A DNA stretch of 64,000 nt from Escherichia phage OES_C-1, in sequence record PQ553088; one strand, written 5' to 3'. The notes under the pieces were generated by a model, which ran no database searches, had not been told where the DNA came from, and saw nothing but the letters and a program-made list of their open reading frames with translations. Shown piece after piece: positions 48,428-58,797 of this stretch. A program made the translations under genes and the position numbers. Numbering within the stretch: position 1 is the first letter of the stretch; each line of letters starts with the position of its first letter.

Positions 48428-49606
48428 TTAAAAATATTTTTTAAAACTCATCATAACTTTATCATCAACATCATTATCAATCTGTGCTACAAGGTAAGAT
48501 GACAGTTCTACTTCTTGTGGCGCGGATTGAACATTATCAGAATTAAGGTATTCACGAATCCAAGGATATGGATGTTTAACCGGAGCATCGGTAATTGGGC
48601 ATGGAAGACCGCACTGTTTCATACGAGATACAGTTAAGTAATCAATAAAGCTCCACATGCTATTTGTATTTAATCCAGGAACATCGCCATCTTTAAATAA
48701 ATGAACTGCCCAGTCTTTTTCTTGACGGTTAACTTCCATGAAAATATCAACTGCTTCTTGTTCACACTCTTGAGCAATTTTAACCCATTCATCGCCATCA
48801 GTACCGGATTGAAGTTGACGAATAATATATTGGGTGCCTTTAAGGTGAAGCTGCTCATCACGTGCAATGAACTTCATAATCTTGGCATTACCTTCCATGA
48901 TTTCCATGTTCTTATGGAAGTTAAAGGTACATGCAAAAGATACATAAAAACGAATAGCTTCTAAGGCATTAATAACGTGCAAACAGAGGTAAAGAGATTT
49001 CATTAGTGCTCGTTTAGCTTCGGCTTCTTGTTTAATAGCTCGATTTAAACGAAAAACAGCATCAGGAGATTCTTTAGCTAGTTCTGTAAATTCTTTAGCA
49101 TTTTCCCATTCACGGGTTTTAGTCAGAACATCATCATAATAGCGACCGATAGATTCAGCACGTTTCATGATAGCTTCATCTAGTACAATCTCATCAAATA
49201 CCTTCGATGGATCAGTATAAAGATTTCGCATGATATGAGTATATGAACGACTGTGAATAGTTTCACTAAAAGTCCATGTAGCAACCCATGTATCAAGACT
49301 TGGGTCTGAAATTAATGACATAAGTACAGCAGATGGCGCACGACCCTGAATGCTATCTAGAAGTGATTGATACTTCAGATTATTAGTAAAAATATCTTGC
49401 TGATATTGAGGAAGCTTGTTAAATTGTGCAGCATCCATCATTAAGTTTACTTCTTCAGGACGCCAGAAAAATGACAACTGCTTTTCGGTTAAATCTTCAA
49501 AAACTTTATGACGTTGAATATCATAACGCGCAATACCAAGACCTGAACCGAAGAACATAGGTTCTTTTAAAACATCAACTGGATTTGTATTAAAAACTGT
49601 GCTCAT
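48428..49606 (-). CDS. nrdB: aerobic ribonucleotide reductase small subunit, uninterrupted
   Basis: 392-aa continuous ORF; both EXXH iron-ligand motifs present; no intron. Confidence 0.9.
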   Translation of the reverse strand: MSTVFNTNPVDVLKEPMFFGSGLGIARYDIQRHKVFEDLTEKQLSFFWRPEEVNLMMDAAQFNKLPQYQQDIFTNNLKYQSLLDSIQGRAPSAVLMSLISDPSLDTWVATWTFSETIHSRSYTHIMRNLYTDPSKVFDEIVLDEAIMKRAESIGRYYDDVLTKTREWENAKEFTELAKESPDAVFRLNRAIKQEAEAKRALMKSLYLCLHVINALEAIRFYVSFACTFNFHKNMEIMEGNAKIMKFIARDEQLHLKGTQYIIRQLQSGTDGDEWVKIAQECEQEAVDIFMEVNRQEKDWAVHLFKDGDVPGLNTNSMWSFIDYLTVSRMKQCGLPCPITDAPVKHPYPWIREYLNSDNVQSAPQEVELSSYLVAQIDNDVDDKVMMSFKKYF

Positions 49607-49657
49607 AAATTTTCCGCTTAGTTAATAGATAGTGACTCGTCCGTGAGTCAAATTATA

Positions 49658-51922
49658 TCATAATTTACAGGATGAACAATCTTCAGCTTTTGGAGTTTCT
49701 ATTTCGTAATCATCAGTACCGGAACCATCACGAGTATTATGATAATAGAAGTTTTTAATGCCATAATACCATCCGTATAGCATGTCATCAATCATTACAG
49801 ACATTGGAACCTTTCCTTTTGGAAAAATCTGCGGGTCATAATATGTATTCGCTGAAGCTGATTGACATACCCATTTCAGCATAATAGCTACCTGCGTAAG
49901 ATAAGGTTTATTGCCTTTCTTAGCTAATTTCCATGTATAATCATAGAGGTCTATGTTATGCTCAATATTGGGCACGACTTGATTAAAGGAACCCTCTTTT
50001 GATTCTTTAACAGAGACTGGTCCACGTGGAGGCTCGATACCGTTTGTACTGTTAGAAACTTGGGAAGATGACTCACATGGCATAAGTGCTGATAATGTGC
50101 TATTACGGATGCCAAAGAGCTTAAGGTCTTCCCGCAGCGACGACCAGTCACAAACGTATTTTGGAGCTGCGATTTGGTCAATCTTTTTATTGTACCAGTC
50201 GATAGGTAATTCGCCTCGAGACCAACGAGTGTCTGAATAATATTCGCAAGGTCCTTTTTCTTTGGCGAGCTTAATGGATGCTTTAATGAGTCCATACTGT
50301 AGTCTCTCAAATAGTTCATGTGTTAAATCGTTAGCATCTTCATAAGAAGCAAAGTTACTTGCCAGCCAAGCTGCATAGTTAGTAACACCTACGCCAAGGT
50401 TTCGACGCTTTTTAGCTTTTTCTGCTTCAGGAACTGGATATCCTTGGTAATCCAAAAGATTATCAAGAGCGCGAACTTGGACTTCTGCCAATTCATTAAT
50501 TTTATCTTGGTCTTGCCAATCGAAGTTATCCAACACAAATGCAGATAACGTACACAATCCAATTTCAGCATCAGGACTATTCACATCATTTGTTGGAATA
50601 GCAATTTCACAGCACAAGTTACTCTGACGAATAGGTGCCTTTTCACGAATAAACGGAGTATAGTTATTCGTATTATCAATGAACTGTACATAAATCCTTG
50701 CTGTTCCTGAGCGTTCAGTCATGAGCAATTCAAATAATTCACGAGCTTTAATACGCTTTTTACGAATATTAGGATCTTTTTCTGCTGCTTCGTATAATTC
50801 ACGGAAACGGTCTTGGTCTTTAAAATAAGAATAATAAAGCTCGCCACCCATTTCATGCGGACTGAACAAAGTAATGTAGTCGTTCTTTCCAAACCGTTCC
50901 ATCATCAAATCATTCAGCTGGACGCCATAATCCATATGACGGATACGGTTTTCTTCTACACCTTTGTTATTTTTCAAAACGAGAAGATTTTCAACTTCCA
51001 AATGCCAAATAGGATAATAAGCAGTAGCAGCGCCGCCACGAATTCCGCCCTGTGAACATGATTTAACAGCAGTCTGAAAATGTTTCCAAAAAGGAATAAC
51101 ACCAGTATGACGCACTTCACCTGTGCCAATCTTAGAACCTTCGGCACGAATCATACCAACGTTAATGCCGATTCCAGCTCGTTTAGAAATATACTCAACA
51201 ATTGAAGCAGAAGCCTTATTGATAGACTTCAGCGAATCACCTGCTTCAATAACAACGCATGAACTAAACTGTCGAGTTGGAGTACGACATCCAGCCATAA
51301 TAGGAGTTGGCAGTGAAATCTGTCGAGTAGATACTGCTTCATAAAAACGAATAACATGTTTTAATCTGTCAACAGGTTCATCTTGATGCAATGCCATTCC
51401 AATAGTCATAAATGCAAACTGTGGAGTTTCATAAATTTGACCAGTGGTTTTATCTTTAACGAGATATTTTTCTTTTAATTGCATCGCTCCGGAATAAGTA
51501 AATTCCATATCCCGCTCATGCTTAATTTTTGATTCTAAAAATGTAATTTCTTCTGCTGAATATTTTGACAACAGTTCAGGGTCGTATTTACCTTCATTTA
51601 CACAGTAAGAAATATGGTCAATAAATGAACGGGGCTCATATTGTCCGTAAACATGCTTACGAAGAGCAAACATTAAACAGCGTGCAGCTACGTATTGATA
51701 ATCAGGCTCTTCAACTGAAATAGAATTTGCAGCAGCCTTAATTACAATGGTTTGAATATCATCAGTGGTCATTCCATCACGGAGATATGATTTAATATTT
51801 TCATATAATTCATAAGGATCTACGGATGTTCCTTCAGCTGCCCAAGATAAAACTTTAATAATTTTTTGCGGGTCAAAGCTCTGAGAAACACCACTACTTT
51901 TGATAACATTAATTAATTGCAT
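49658..51922 (-). CDS. nrdA: aerobic ribonucleotide reductase large subunit
   Basis: 754 aa, T4 length. Confidence 0.95.
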   Translation of the reverse strand: MQLINVIKSSGVSQSFDPQKIIKVLSWAAEGTSVDPYELYENIKSYLRDGMTTDDIQTIVIKAAANSISVEEPDYQYVAARCLMFALRKHVYGQYEPRSFIDHISYCVNEGKYDPELLSKYSAEEITFLESKIKHERDMEFTYSGAMQLKEKYLVKDKTTGQIYETPQFAFMTIGMALHQDEPVDRLKHVIRFYEAVSTRQISLPTPIMAGCRTPTRQFSSCVVIEAGDSLKSINKASASIVEYISKRAGIGINVGMIRAEGSKIGTGEVRHTGVIPFWKHFQTAVKSCSQGGIRGGAATAYYPIWHLEVENLLVLKNNKGVEENRIRHMDYGVQLNDLMMERFGKNDYITLFSPHEMGGELYYSYFKDQDRFRELYEAAEKDPNIRKKRIKARELFELLMTERSGTARIYVQFIDNTNNYTPFIREKAPIRQSNLCCEIAIPTNDVNSPDAEIGLCTLSAFVLDNFDWQDQDKINELAEVQVRALDNLLDYQGYPVPEAEKAKKRRNLGVGVTNYAAWLASNFASYEDANDLTHELFERLQYGLIKASIKLAKEKGPCEYYSDTRWSRGELPIDWYNKKIDQIAAPKYVCDWSSLREDLKLFGIRNSTLSALMPCESSSQVSNSTNGIEPPRGPVSVKESKEGSFNQVVPNIEHNIDLYDYTWKLAKKGNKPYLTQVAIMLKWVCQSASANTYYDPQIFPKGKVPMSVMIDDMLYGWYYGIKNFYYHNTRDGSGTDDYEIETPKAEDCSSCKL

Positions 51923-52239
51923 AAGTCCTCAACTTGAAAATCGTCTTTAAACAATCGGTTAACTATATGAGCTATTATATCACCATGACACGGCTTTGGT
52001 TTACATGTGCATCCTAGCCTCATTCCACGTAAAGGCTCTAAATGTGCTTTAGTTATTTCTCCGGATTTAATTCGACGTATAAAATCTTTTTTGAATAATT
52101 CAATGGCAGCCTCCCGGCTGCCAGCATCTTTACCGACGTAATTTCCCCAAAATGTACCACGGTGAATATTAACATCAAAGTCGGATTTATATTTATTCAC
52201 TACCTGGCATAGACGGCCCGCGCGGTGATAATTCGTCAT
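51913..52239 (-). CDS. hypothetical protein (nrdA.1 position)
   Basis: 108-aa ORF; C-terminal Cys/His cluster [11 protein letters not shown]. Confidence 0.55.
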   Translation of the reverse strand: MTNYHRAGRLCQVVNKYKSDFDVNIHRGTFWGNYVGKDAGSREAAIELFKKDFIRRIKSGEITKAHLEPLRGMRLGCTCKPKPCHGDIIAHIVNRLFKDDFQVEDLCN

Positions 52240-52456
52240 ATTGTTTTTCCGTTAAAACAGTAATATCATAGTAACAATCAGAAGAAGTTTTAACTGTAGA
52301 AATTTTATTATCAAAATACTCACGAGTCATTTTATGAGTATAATATTTTTTGCCATAAATGACAATAGGTTGATTTGGTCCTGGAACTTCTAACTCGCTT
52401 GGGTTAGGAAGTGTAAAAAGAACTACACCAGAAGTATCTTTAAATCGTAAAATCAT
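52193..52456 (-). CDS. hypothetical protein (nrdA.2 position)
   Basis: 87-aa ORF. Confidence 0.5.
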   Translation of the reverse strand: MILRFKDTSGVVLFTLPNPSELEVPGPNQPIVIYGKKYYTHKMTREYFDNKISTVKTSSDCYYDITVLTEKQYDELSPRGPSMPGSE

Positions 52457-52479
52457 ATATCCTCACAATTAATAATTAA

Positions 52480-52791
52480 TTACACCGCCATTTTTCCTTT
52501 AATAGGAGGGTGTGATTCGTAACCTTTAAGAACGAAATCTTTAGGCCTGAGTTTAAGAACATATTCCAATTGTTCTTTAGTAGAAAGATAGCGGAATTTA
52601 TAAGGCAATCCGCCTATTACCAGTTCACAAAGCTCTTTAGGTTCACGACGCAAAATTTCTTTACATTGTTCTACGTGATTCATATAGATATGAGTATTAC
52701 CGCCAGAAAATATCAAATCTCCAGGAATAAGATTACACATCTTAGCTACAATATGAACTAACGCAGCATATGATGCAATATTAAATGGAAG
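52480..52791 (-). CDS. td: thymidylate synthase, exon 2
   Basis: Exon 2 begins LPFNIASY...; joined to exon 1 gives 286 aa. Confidence 0.9.
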   Translation of the reverse strand, partial: LPFNIASYAALVHIVAKMCNLIPGDLIFSGGNTHIYMNHVEQCKEILRREPKELCELVIGGLPYKFRYLSTKEQLEYVLKLRPKDFVLKGYESHPPIKGKMAV

Positions 52792-53807
52792 CATTATGTT
52801 CAGATAAGGTCGTTAATCTTACCCCGGAATTATATCCAGCTGCATGTCACCATGCAGATCAGACTATATCTCCAACTTGTTAAAGCAAGTTGTCTATCGT
52901 TTCGAGTCACTTGACCCTACTCCCCAAAGGGATAGTCGTTAGGCATTTATGTAGAACCAATTCCATTTATCAGATTTTACACGATAAGTAACTAATCCAG
53001 ACGAAATTTTAAAATGTCTAGCTGCATCTGCTGCACAATCAAAAATAACCCCATCACATGAAATCTTTTTAATATTACTAGGCTTTTTACCTTTCATCTT
53101 TTCTGATATTTTAGATTTAGTTATGTCTGAATGCTTATGATTAAAGAATGAATTATTTTCACCTGAACGATTTCTGCATTTACTACAAGTATAAGCAGAA
53201 GTTTGTATGCGAACACCGCACTTACAAAACTTATGGGTTTCTGGATTCCAACGCCCGTTTTTACTTCCGGGTTTACTGTAAAGAGCTTTCCGACCATCAG
53301 GTCCAAGTTTAAGCATCTTAGCTTTAACAGTTTCAGAACGTTTCTTAATAATTTCTTCTTTTAATGGATGCGTAGAACATGTATCACCAAACGTTGCATC
53401 AGCAATATTGTATCCATTAATTTTAGAATTAAGCTCTTTAATCCAAAAATTTTCTCGTTCAATAATCAAATCTTTCTCATATGGAATTTCTTCCAAAATA
53501 GAACATTCAAACACATTACCATGTTTGTTAAAAGACCTCTGAAGCTTTATAGAAGAATGGCATCCTTTTTCTAAATCTTTAAAATGCCTCTTCCATCTCT
53601 TTTCAAAATCTTTAGCACTTCCTACATATACTTTATTGTTTAAAGTATTTTTAATCTGATAAATTCCGCTTTTCATAAATACCTCTTTAAATATAGAAGT
53701 ATTTATTAAAGGGCAGTCCTACAATTTAGCACGGGATTGTCTACTAGAGAGGTTCCCCGTTTAGATAGATTACAAGTATAAGTCACCTTATACTCAGGCC
53801 TCAATTA
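52792..53807 (-). mobile_element. group I self-splicing intron in td (1016 nt) carrying the I-TevI ORF
   Basis: Intron 5' end UAAUUGAGGCCUGAGUAUAAGGUGACUUAUACUUG... recognised; exon 1 ends ...UUGGGU; length 1016 nt. Confidence 0.9.
52939..53676 (-). CDS. intron-encoded GIY-YIG homing endonuclease I-TevI
   Basis: 245 aa; N-terminal GIYQIKN...YVGSA GIY-YIG module and C-terminal DNA-binding region. Confidence 0.9.
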   Translation of the reverse strand: MKSGIYQIKNTLNNKVYVGSAKDFEKRWKRHFKDLEKGCHSSIKLQRSFNKHGNVFECSILEEIPYEKDLIIERENFWIKELNSKINGYNIADATFGDTCSTHPLKEEIIKKRSETVKAKMLKLGPDGRKALYSKPGSKNGRWNPETHKFCKCGVRIQTSAYTCSKCRNRSGENNSFFNHKHSDITKSKISEKMKGKKPSNIKKISCDGVIFDCAADAARHFKISSGLVTYRVKSDKWNWFYINA

Positions 53808-54356
53808 ACCCAAGAAAACATCTACTGATCGTTGATACCACTGCAAATCCAAATAGCCATTACGCACATTAAACTGATAGAACATATGACAAGGTGGTAA
53901 TGCCATTTGCTTGAGTTCAGCTGGATTCCATGCTGAAACAACTTGACGTCTATCATTTGGCTGTTTTTTAATACGATCAATAACTTCTACAATTTGGTCT
54001 ACACCGCCAAAATCACGCCATTGTTTTCCATAAATTGGACCAAGTTCACCACTATGATATCCTAAATCTTTTGCTTGATTTTCGTAATTTTCATCCCAGA
54101 CTGTTTTGCCTTGAATTAATGAATCGTGTTGAATTAATCGTAAATCATTGACATTTGTGCTTCCTGATAAAAACCAAAGTAGCTCAGCAATGCAAGCTTT
54201 CCAGGCGAGCTTCTTAGTTGTTACTGCAGGAAAACCTTTACTTAAATCCCAGCGTAATTTAGTACCGAACAAAGCAATTGTTCCTGTGCCTGTTCGGTCA
54301 TCAGTTTCATAGCCATTTTCAAAAATGTCTTTAATTAAATCTTGGTATTGTTTCAT
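53808..54356 (-). CDS. td: thymidylate synthase, exon 1
   Basis: 183 codons ending ...QRSVDVFLG; active-site PCH motif (LPPCHMFYQFNV). Confidence 0.9.
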
Positions 54357-54401
54357 TTAGTACCTTATATAAATTATAATACATTTTATGAAGCTAAATA
54401 A

Positions 54402-54761
54402 TCAATACGGTTTAGCGTCAAATTTTCTTTCAATTTCAGGCGTGAAATATAATTCTTTACCACGTTTGGAAAAGCGACCAATAATATGATAATTATTCTC
54501 ATCAAACGTGATATTGCCAATATCCATAGCTTTCAACCAAATATCGATATTTCTGTCAAGCTTTATATCAAAATTCCAATACGGAGAACTATTACCGAAA
54601 ATACTGCAAGCGGATTCAGTGAAACAACTACTATAAATCTTGTCTTTAGGAACTACTAATTGATAGACGCCTTTAATAAACTGAGGACCTTTCCATTTTG
54701 GCTGTTTCGCGTCTTTTTCTAATAGAATAGGGTAATAATTAAAGCTCATATTTTCCGCCAC
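54402..54761 (-). CDS. hypothetical protein inserted between frd and td
   Basis: 119-aa ORF from GTG 54761 (115 aa from ATG 54749); no recognisable motif. Confidence 0.5.
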   Translation of the reverse strand: MAENMSFNYYPILLEKDAKQPKWKGPQFIKGVYQLVVPKDKIYSSCFTESACSIFGNSSPYWNFDIKLDRNIDIWLKAMDIGNITFDENNYHIIGRFSKRGKELYFTPEIERKFDAKPY

Positions 54762-54769
54762 GTGTTATT

Positions 54770-55360
<591 letters not shown>

Positions 55361-55603
55361 TCAAACAGACTTTTTCACAATTTTCCAATCAGCTTTAAAC
55401 TGTTCAACGTCAGAATGATAAATCCAGAATCCTGCGCTTTCTCCATCCTCATAAAGAGGGCATCCATCGCATTCATCTTCCCATCCCATATCACGTAAAA
55501 GATGTTCAGCTTTTTCAACAAGTTCAGAATCTTTACCGATGATATTAAAATACCATTTACCTTTAACTTCTGAATCTTTGATGCTTTGGCGTTGTAATCT
55601 CAT
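55361..55603 (-). CDS. hypothetical protein (frd.1 position)
   Basis: 80-aa ORF; early promoter-like motif upstream. Confidence 0.5.
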   Translation of the reverse strand: MRLQRQSIKDSEVKGKWYFNIIGKDSELVEKAEHLLRDMGWEDECDGCPLYEDGESAGFWIYHSDVEQFKADWKIVKKSV

Positions 55604-55712
55604 TTTATTCTCCTTAGCAAGCTTTAATCAAAAGGTATAAGCAAACTAACATAACTGCTACCATAATATAAGGTGCGAACATTTTCTTTTCTCCATTAGT
55701 TTTGATAGGGTA

Positions 55713-55742
55713 ATAGTATCACACTACTACCCTTCTGTAAAC
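55713..55742 (-). promoter_or_regulatory. early promoter-like GTTTAC-N18-TACTAT upstream of frd.1 ORF
   Basis: Minus strand GTTTAC at 55737-55742 overlapping frd.2 stop; TACTAT at 55713-55718. Confidence 0.45.
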
Positions 55743-56143
55743 TACTTTTTGAAAGTTTTTCGCAAAAGTTCAATGATTTCATCTACATTGTTTTCGTCAA
55801 CAATGCAGTGAATTTTTGTTACACCAGAAACCTTGTCTTCGACTTCATCTTCTTCAGAAGTCGGTTCTTTATACTCGCGGAAACAATAAAACTCTTCTTC
55901 ACTAAGTTCAAAATAATCATCACCCATACCATCATCATTATAGATTTCGCCATTAGCACAAATGATTTCAGTTACATAATCAAAGCCATCTAAACTTGAT
56001 ATTGATTTAACTTCAAACCAACCACCATTTTCTTGAATGATGCCGACCATATTAGCATTTGATGAACTAATATCAATGAAAGATTTAATACGATGTGGAT
56101 TTAACTCATATTTTTTGCCGATTTCCATTTTGATTTTCCTCAT
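55742..56143 (-). CDS. hypothetical protein (frd.2 position)
   Basis: 133-aa acidic ORF. Confidence 0.5.
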   Translation of the reverse strand: MRKIKMEIGKKYELNPHRIKSFIDISSSNANMVGIIQENGGWFEVKSISSLDGFDYVTEIICANGEIYNDDGMGDDYFELSEEEFYCFREYKEPTSEEDEVEDKVSGVTKIHCIVDENNVDEIIELLRKTFKK

Positions 56144-56173
56144 TTTAACGGGACTGTAATAGCCCCTTGATAA

Positions 56174-56422
56174 TTATTGTTCAATCAGTCCCATATAAAA
56201 TTCTGCGTCTTCAGCATCCATGCCATCGCAATATTCATTAGCCATAAAGCGGGTGAGGTCTTCAAGAGGACCTTCAATAACGATTTGAATACTCCAAAAC
56301 TTAGAATCTTGTACGCTTGTGATACTAAGTTCAGGATAACGATTACGAATAATTTCTTCAATATATTCAAAATCAACGATGTCAATATCAACTTTAGCCA
56401 TATTATTTTCCTCTTTAATCAT
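56174..56422 (-). CDS. hypothetical protein (frd.3 position)
   Basis: 82-aa ORF. Confidence 0.5.
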   Translation of the reverse strand: MIKEENNMAKVDIDIVDFEYIEEIIRNRYPELSITSVQDSKFWSIQIVIEGPLEDLTRFMANEYCDGMDAEDAEFYMGLIEQ

Positions 56423-56490
56423 CAGCAGTATTGCCGATAGTTGTATAGTACCATAGAAGAACAGAGATGTAAACAGTTTTGTGAAAAATT

Positions 56491-56523
56491 TTTGAAATAA
56501 AAAAGGGGACCTCTAGGGTCCCC
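56491..56523 (-). terminator. intrinsic terminator after gene 32
   Basis: GGGGACC-loop-GGTCCCC followed on minus strand by UUUUUUAUUU. Confidence 0.75.
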
Positions 56524-56545
56524 AATTAATTAGTAATATAATCTA

Positions 56546-57454
56546 TTAAAGGTCATTCAAAAGGTCATCCAGATCCGTGTCATCAGCACTAGATGAACTG
56601 CCAGAGCTTGAGCTCATAAAATCATCTTCAGTTTTTGTTTTGAAGTCATCAACATTGAATGCATCCAAATCATCAGCAACTTTATCAGCTTTCTTAGCGG
56701 CAGTTGCTGCGGCACCGCCCATAGCAGCAGTTCCCATAACTTGACTGAACTTAGTGCTCAGTTCTTCAAACGATTTGAATTTATCTTTAGAAGTCATTTC
56801 AGAAAGGTCAACCATCTGTTCGAACAGTTCTTTCTGGAAAGATTCATCATCAATGTTTGGAATCGCAGATTGATTCAGGAATTTAGATTCGTCGTAGTTA
56901 CTAAAACCAGAAACTTGTTTAACTTTCAGTACAAAGTTAGCACCTTCCCACGGACAAGTTACATCAACCGGAGTTTCACCCATTTCAACATCAACTGCAA
57001 TCATTGCATTGATTTTATCCCAGATTTTCTTACCGAAACGGTATTTAAATACTTTACCTTCATTTTCTGGAGCAGCTGGGTCTTTTACTACAAGAATGTT
57101 AGCCCAGTAAGAAGTTTTGCGTTTAACAAGACCGTACTCTTTATTGTCAGTGTTATACAAATCATTTTTACTGATGTACTGACATACTGGACAAGAATCG
57201 TAATCACCGTAGGTAGATGAGCATGTTTCAATATACCATTTACCATTTTTCTTGAAACCGTGATTTACAAGAATTGCGAATGGTGCTTGTTCATCATTTT
57301 TAGACGGAAGAAAACGAATTACTGCTTGACCGTTACCCGCATTGTCGAGTTTCAGTTTCCACTCGCCTTTATCTTCAGAAGAAAAACCACCTTTATTTCC
57401 AGCCAGTTTAGCCATTTGTGCAGCGAGTTCAGCAGTAGATTTACGTTTAAACAT
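56546..57454 (-). CDS. 32: single-stranded DNA-binding protein gp32
   Basis: 302 aa; acidic Ser/Asp-rich C-terminus; pseudoknot operator in leader. Confidence 0.95.
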   Translation of the reverse strand: MFKRKSTAELAAQMAKLAGNKGGFSSEDKGEWKLKLDNAGNGQAVIRFLPSKNDEQAPFAILVNHGFKKNGKWYIETCSSTYGDYDSCPVCQYISKNDLYNTDNKEYGLVKRKTSYWANILVVKDPAAPENEGKVFKYRFGKKIWDKINAMIAVDVEMGETPVDVTCPWEGANFVLKVKQVSGFSNYDESKFLNQSAIPNIDDESFQKELFEQMVDLSEMTSKDKFKSFEELSTKFSQVMGTAAMGGAAATAAKKADKVADDLDAFNVDDFKTKTEDDFMSSSSGSSSSADDTDLDDLLNDL

Positions 57455-57520
57455 TTTTATTTCCTTTTTAATTTAATTAACAGTTGGTGCTATGACGATG
57501 TATGACCTCATAGCTGGTCA
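57455..57520 (-). promoter_or_regulatory. gene 32 translational operator (pseudoknot plus AU-rich leader)
   Basis: Leader reads UGACC-AGCUAUGA-GGUCA-UACAUCG-UCAUAGC (H-type pseudoknot) then UUAAUUAAAUUAAAAAGGAAAUAAAA-AUG. Confidence 0.7.
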
Positions 57521-57528
57521 GTGAGATA

Positions 57529-57554
57529 ATTATAATCTATTTATAATAAGCAAT
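57529..57554 (-). promoter_or_regulatory. gene 32 promoter cluster (MotA-box-like TTGCTTAT, TATAAATA, TATAAT)
   Basis: Overlapping middle-type and late-type elements just downstream of gene 59 stop. Confidence 0.45.
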
Positions 57555-58207
57555 TAATACTTGCAAGATTTCACAGTTTCAATGAAAACACTTTTGGCTT
57601 TCTGCGAATCAATATTTAAAATTTTTCTATAAGCCTTTAACTTTATAGAATAATTATTCCAGACTAAATTATCAGTCTGTTCATCATGTTTATCAATTAT
57701 ATTTAAAAACGAATCAAGCAAGATAAACGTCTCAAACGAAATTATATTCGATTGAAGTAGTTTAAAAATATAACTTGATTGAACTTTTGGATTATACTCA
57801 AAGATTTCTTTAAAAGCAGAAACTTCAACTTTTTTACTAAAATAATAAATGTTGCGAATATCTTCTTCAAACTTAAATTTAATTTGCTTTAAGCGTCCGA
57901 TATATTCACGATAAAACACAAGTGCATCAGCATCAGAGATGTCACCAATCCAAGCATCCTGGTTAGCAACCAGATTGCTTATAAAGATTAAAGCAAGTTC
58001 CTTTAATTTATATTTTTCTGATAACTTCTGGAAAAAATACTTATCCCTTCGCTTTTGATAAGCGGCATCAGACACCCGCATGCACCAATTATACTTAATT
58101 ACATCATACTTTCCATTCATATGTTGTTTTATCATTAAGTATAATTTATAAACTGATTTACCATCAATGTATCTTTCACCACCAGCAGGCATGCGGAGTT
58201 TAATCAT
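57554..58207 (-). CDS. 59: helicase loader gp59
   Basis: 217 aa. Confidence 0.9.
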   Translation of the reverse strand: MIKLRMPAGGERYIDGKSVYKLYLMIKQHMNGKYDVIKYNWCMRVSDAAYQKRRDKYFFQKLSEKYKLKELALIFISNLVANQDAWIGDISDADALVFYREYIGRLKQIKFKFEEDIRNIYYFSKKVEVSAFKEIFEYNPKVQSSYIFKLLQSNIISFETFILLDSFLNIIDKHDEQTDNLVWNNYSIKLKAYRKILNIDSQKAKSVFIETVKSCKY

Positions 58208-58542
58208 AGTAGAAAATCTAATGTATTAGTTTTTTCACAACGAACTACAGAAGGACGTAAAAGATTTTCGTCAATAGCTTCTGACTGAATTTTTTCAATT
58301 ATACCCGAAGGAATAAATTTAGCAAATTGAGTTTCAGGAATAGAATTTTCTTCCAAGAATGCTGTTGTAGCTTCAAGATAACTCATTCCAAACTCTTCTA
58401 CCATTTTTTCAATAATAAATCCATTTTCTTGACGGTCAAGAAGCTTTGCAATTTCATCCTTTTCTTTCTTAATTGAAAGTTCTTTTTCTGAAAGACCGGT
58501 CTCATCGACCGGACGAATATCATTTAGAGAAAACTGTGTCAT
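58204..58542 (-). CDS. 33: late transcription co-activator gp33
   Basis: 112 aa from ATG 58542 (MTQFSLNDIR...). Confidence 0.85.
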   Translation of the reverse strand: MTQFSLNDIRPVDETGLSEKELSIKKEKDEIAKLLDRQENGFIIEKMVEEFGMSYLEATTAFLEENSIPETQFAKFIPSGIIEKIQSEAIDENLLRPSVVRCEKTNTLDFLL

Positions 58543-58789
58543 AAAGTTCAACTACCTCTTCAGTTTCAGCTTCAAACACATCACGGTTATCTTTATGATA
58601 CAAAGCTAATAGACGATTAAACATTTTACCATCAACACCAAGTTCATCTTTGGCGCGAATTCGAATATCTTTAATCAATTCATTATAACCAGAAATTTTC
58701 AGTTTATGATCAGATGCTTCTTTGATAAATTTGGCCAAGTCTTCGCCATGGATAGCTTCATCAAATTCAACCATTTCTTTTTTAGCCAT
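58520..58789 (-). CDS. dsbA: dsDNA-binding protein DsbA
   Basis: 89 aa; overlaps gene 33. Confidence 0.8.
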   Translation of the reverse strand: MAKKEMVEFDEAIHGEDLAKFIKEASDHKLKISGYNELIKDIRIRAKDELGVDGKMFNRLLALYHKDNRDVFEAETEEVVELYDTVFSK

Positions 58790-58797
58790 TATTCACC

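Noticed and set aside
56741-57505. Plus-strand ORFs (159 and 81 aa) antisense to gene 32
   Set aside because: Embedded opposite the highly conserved gp32 gene; no regulatory signals.
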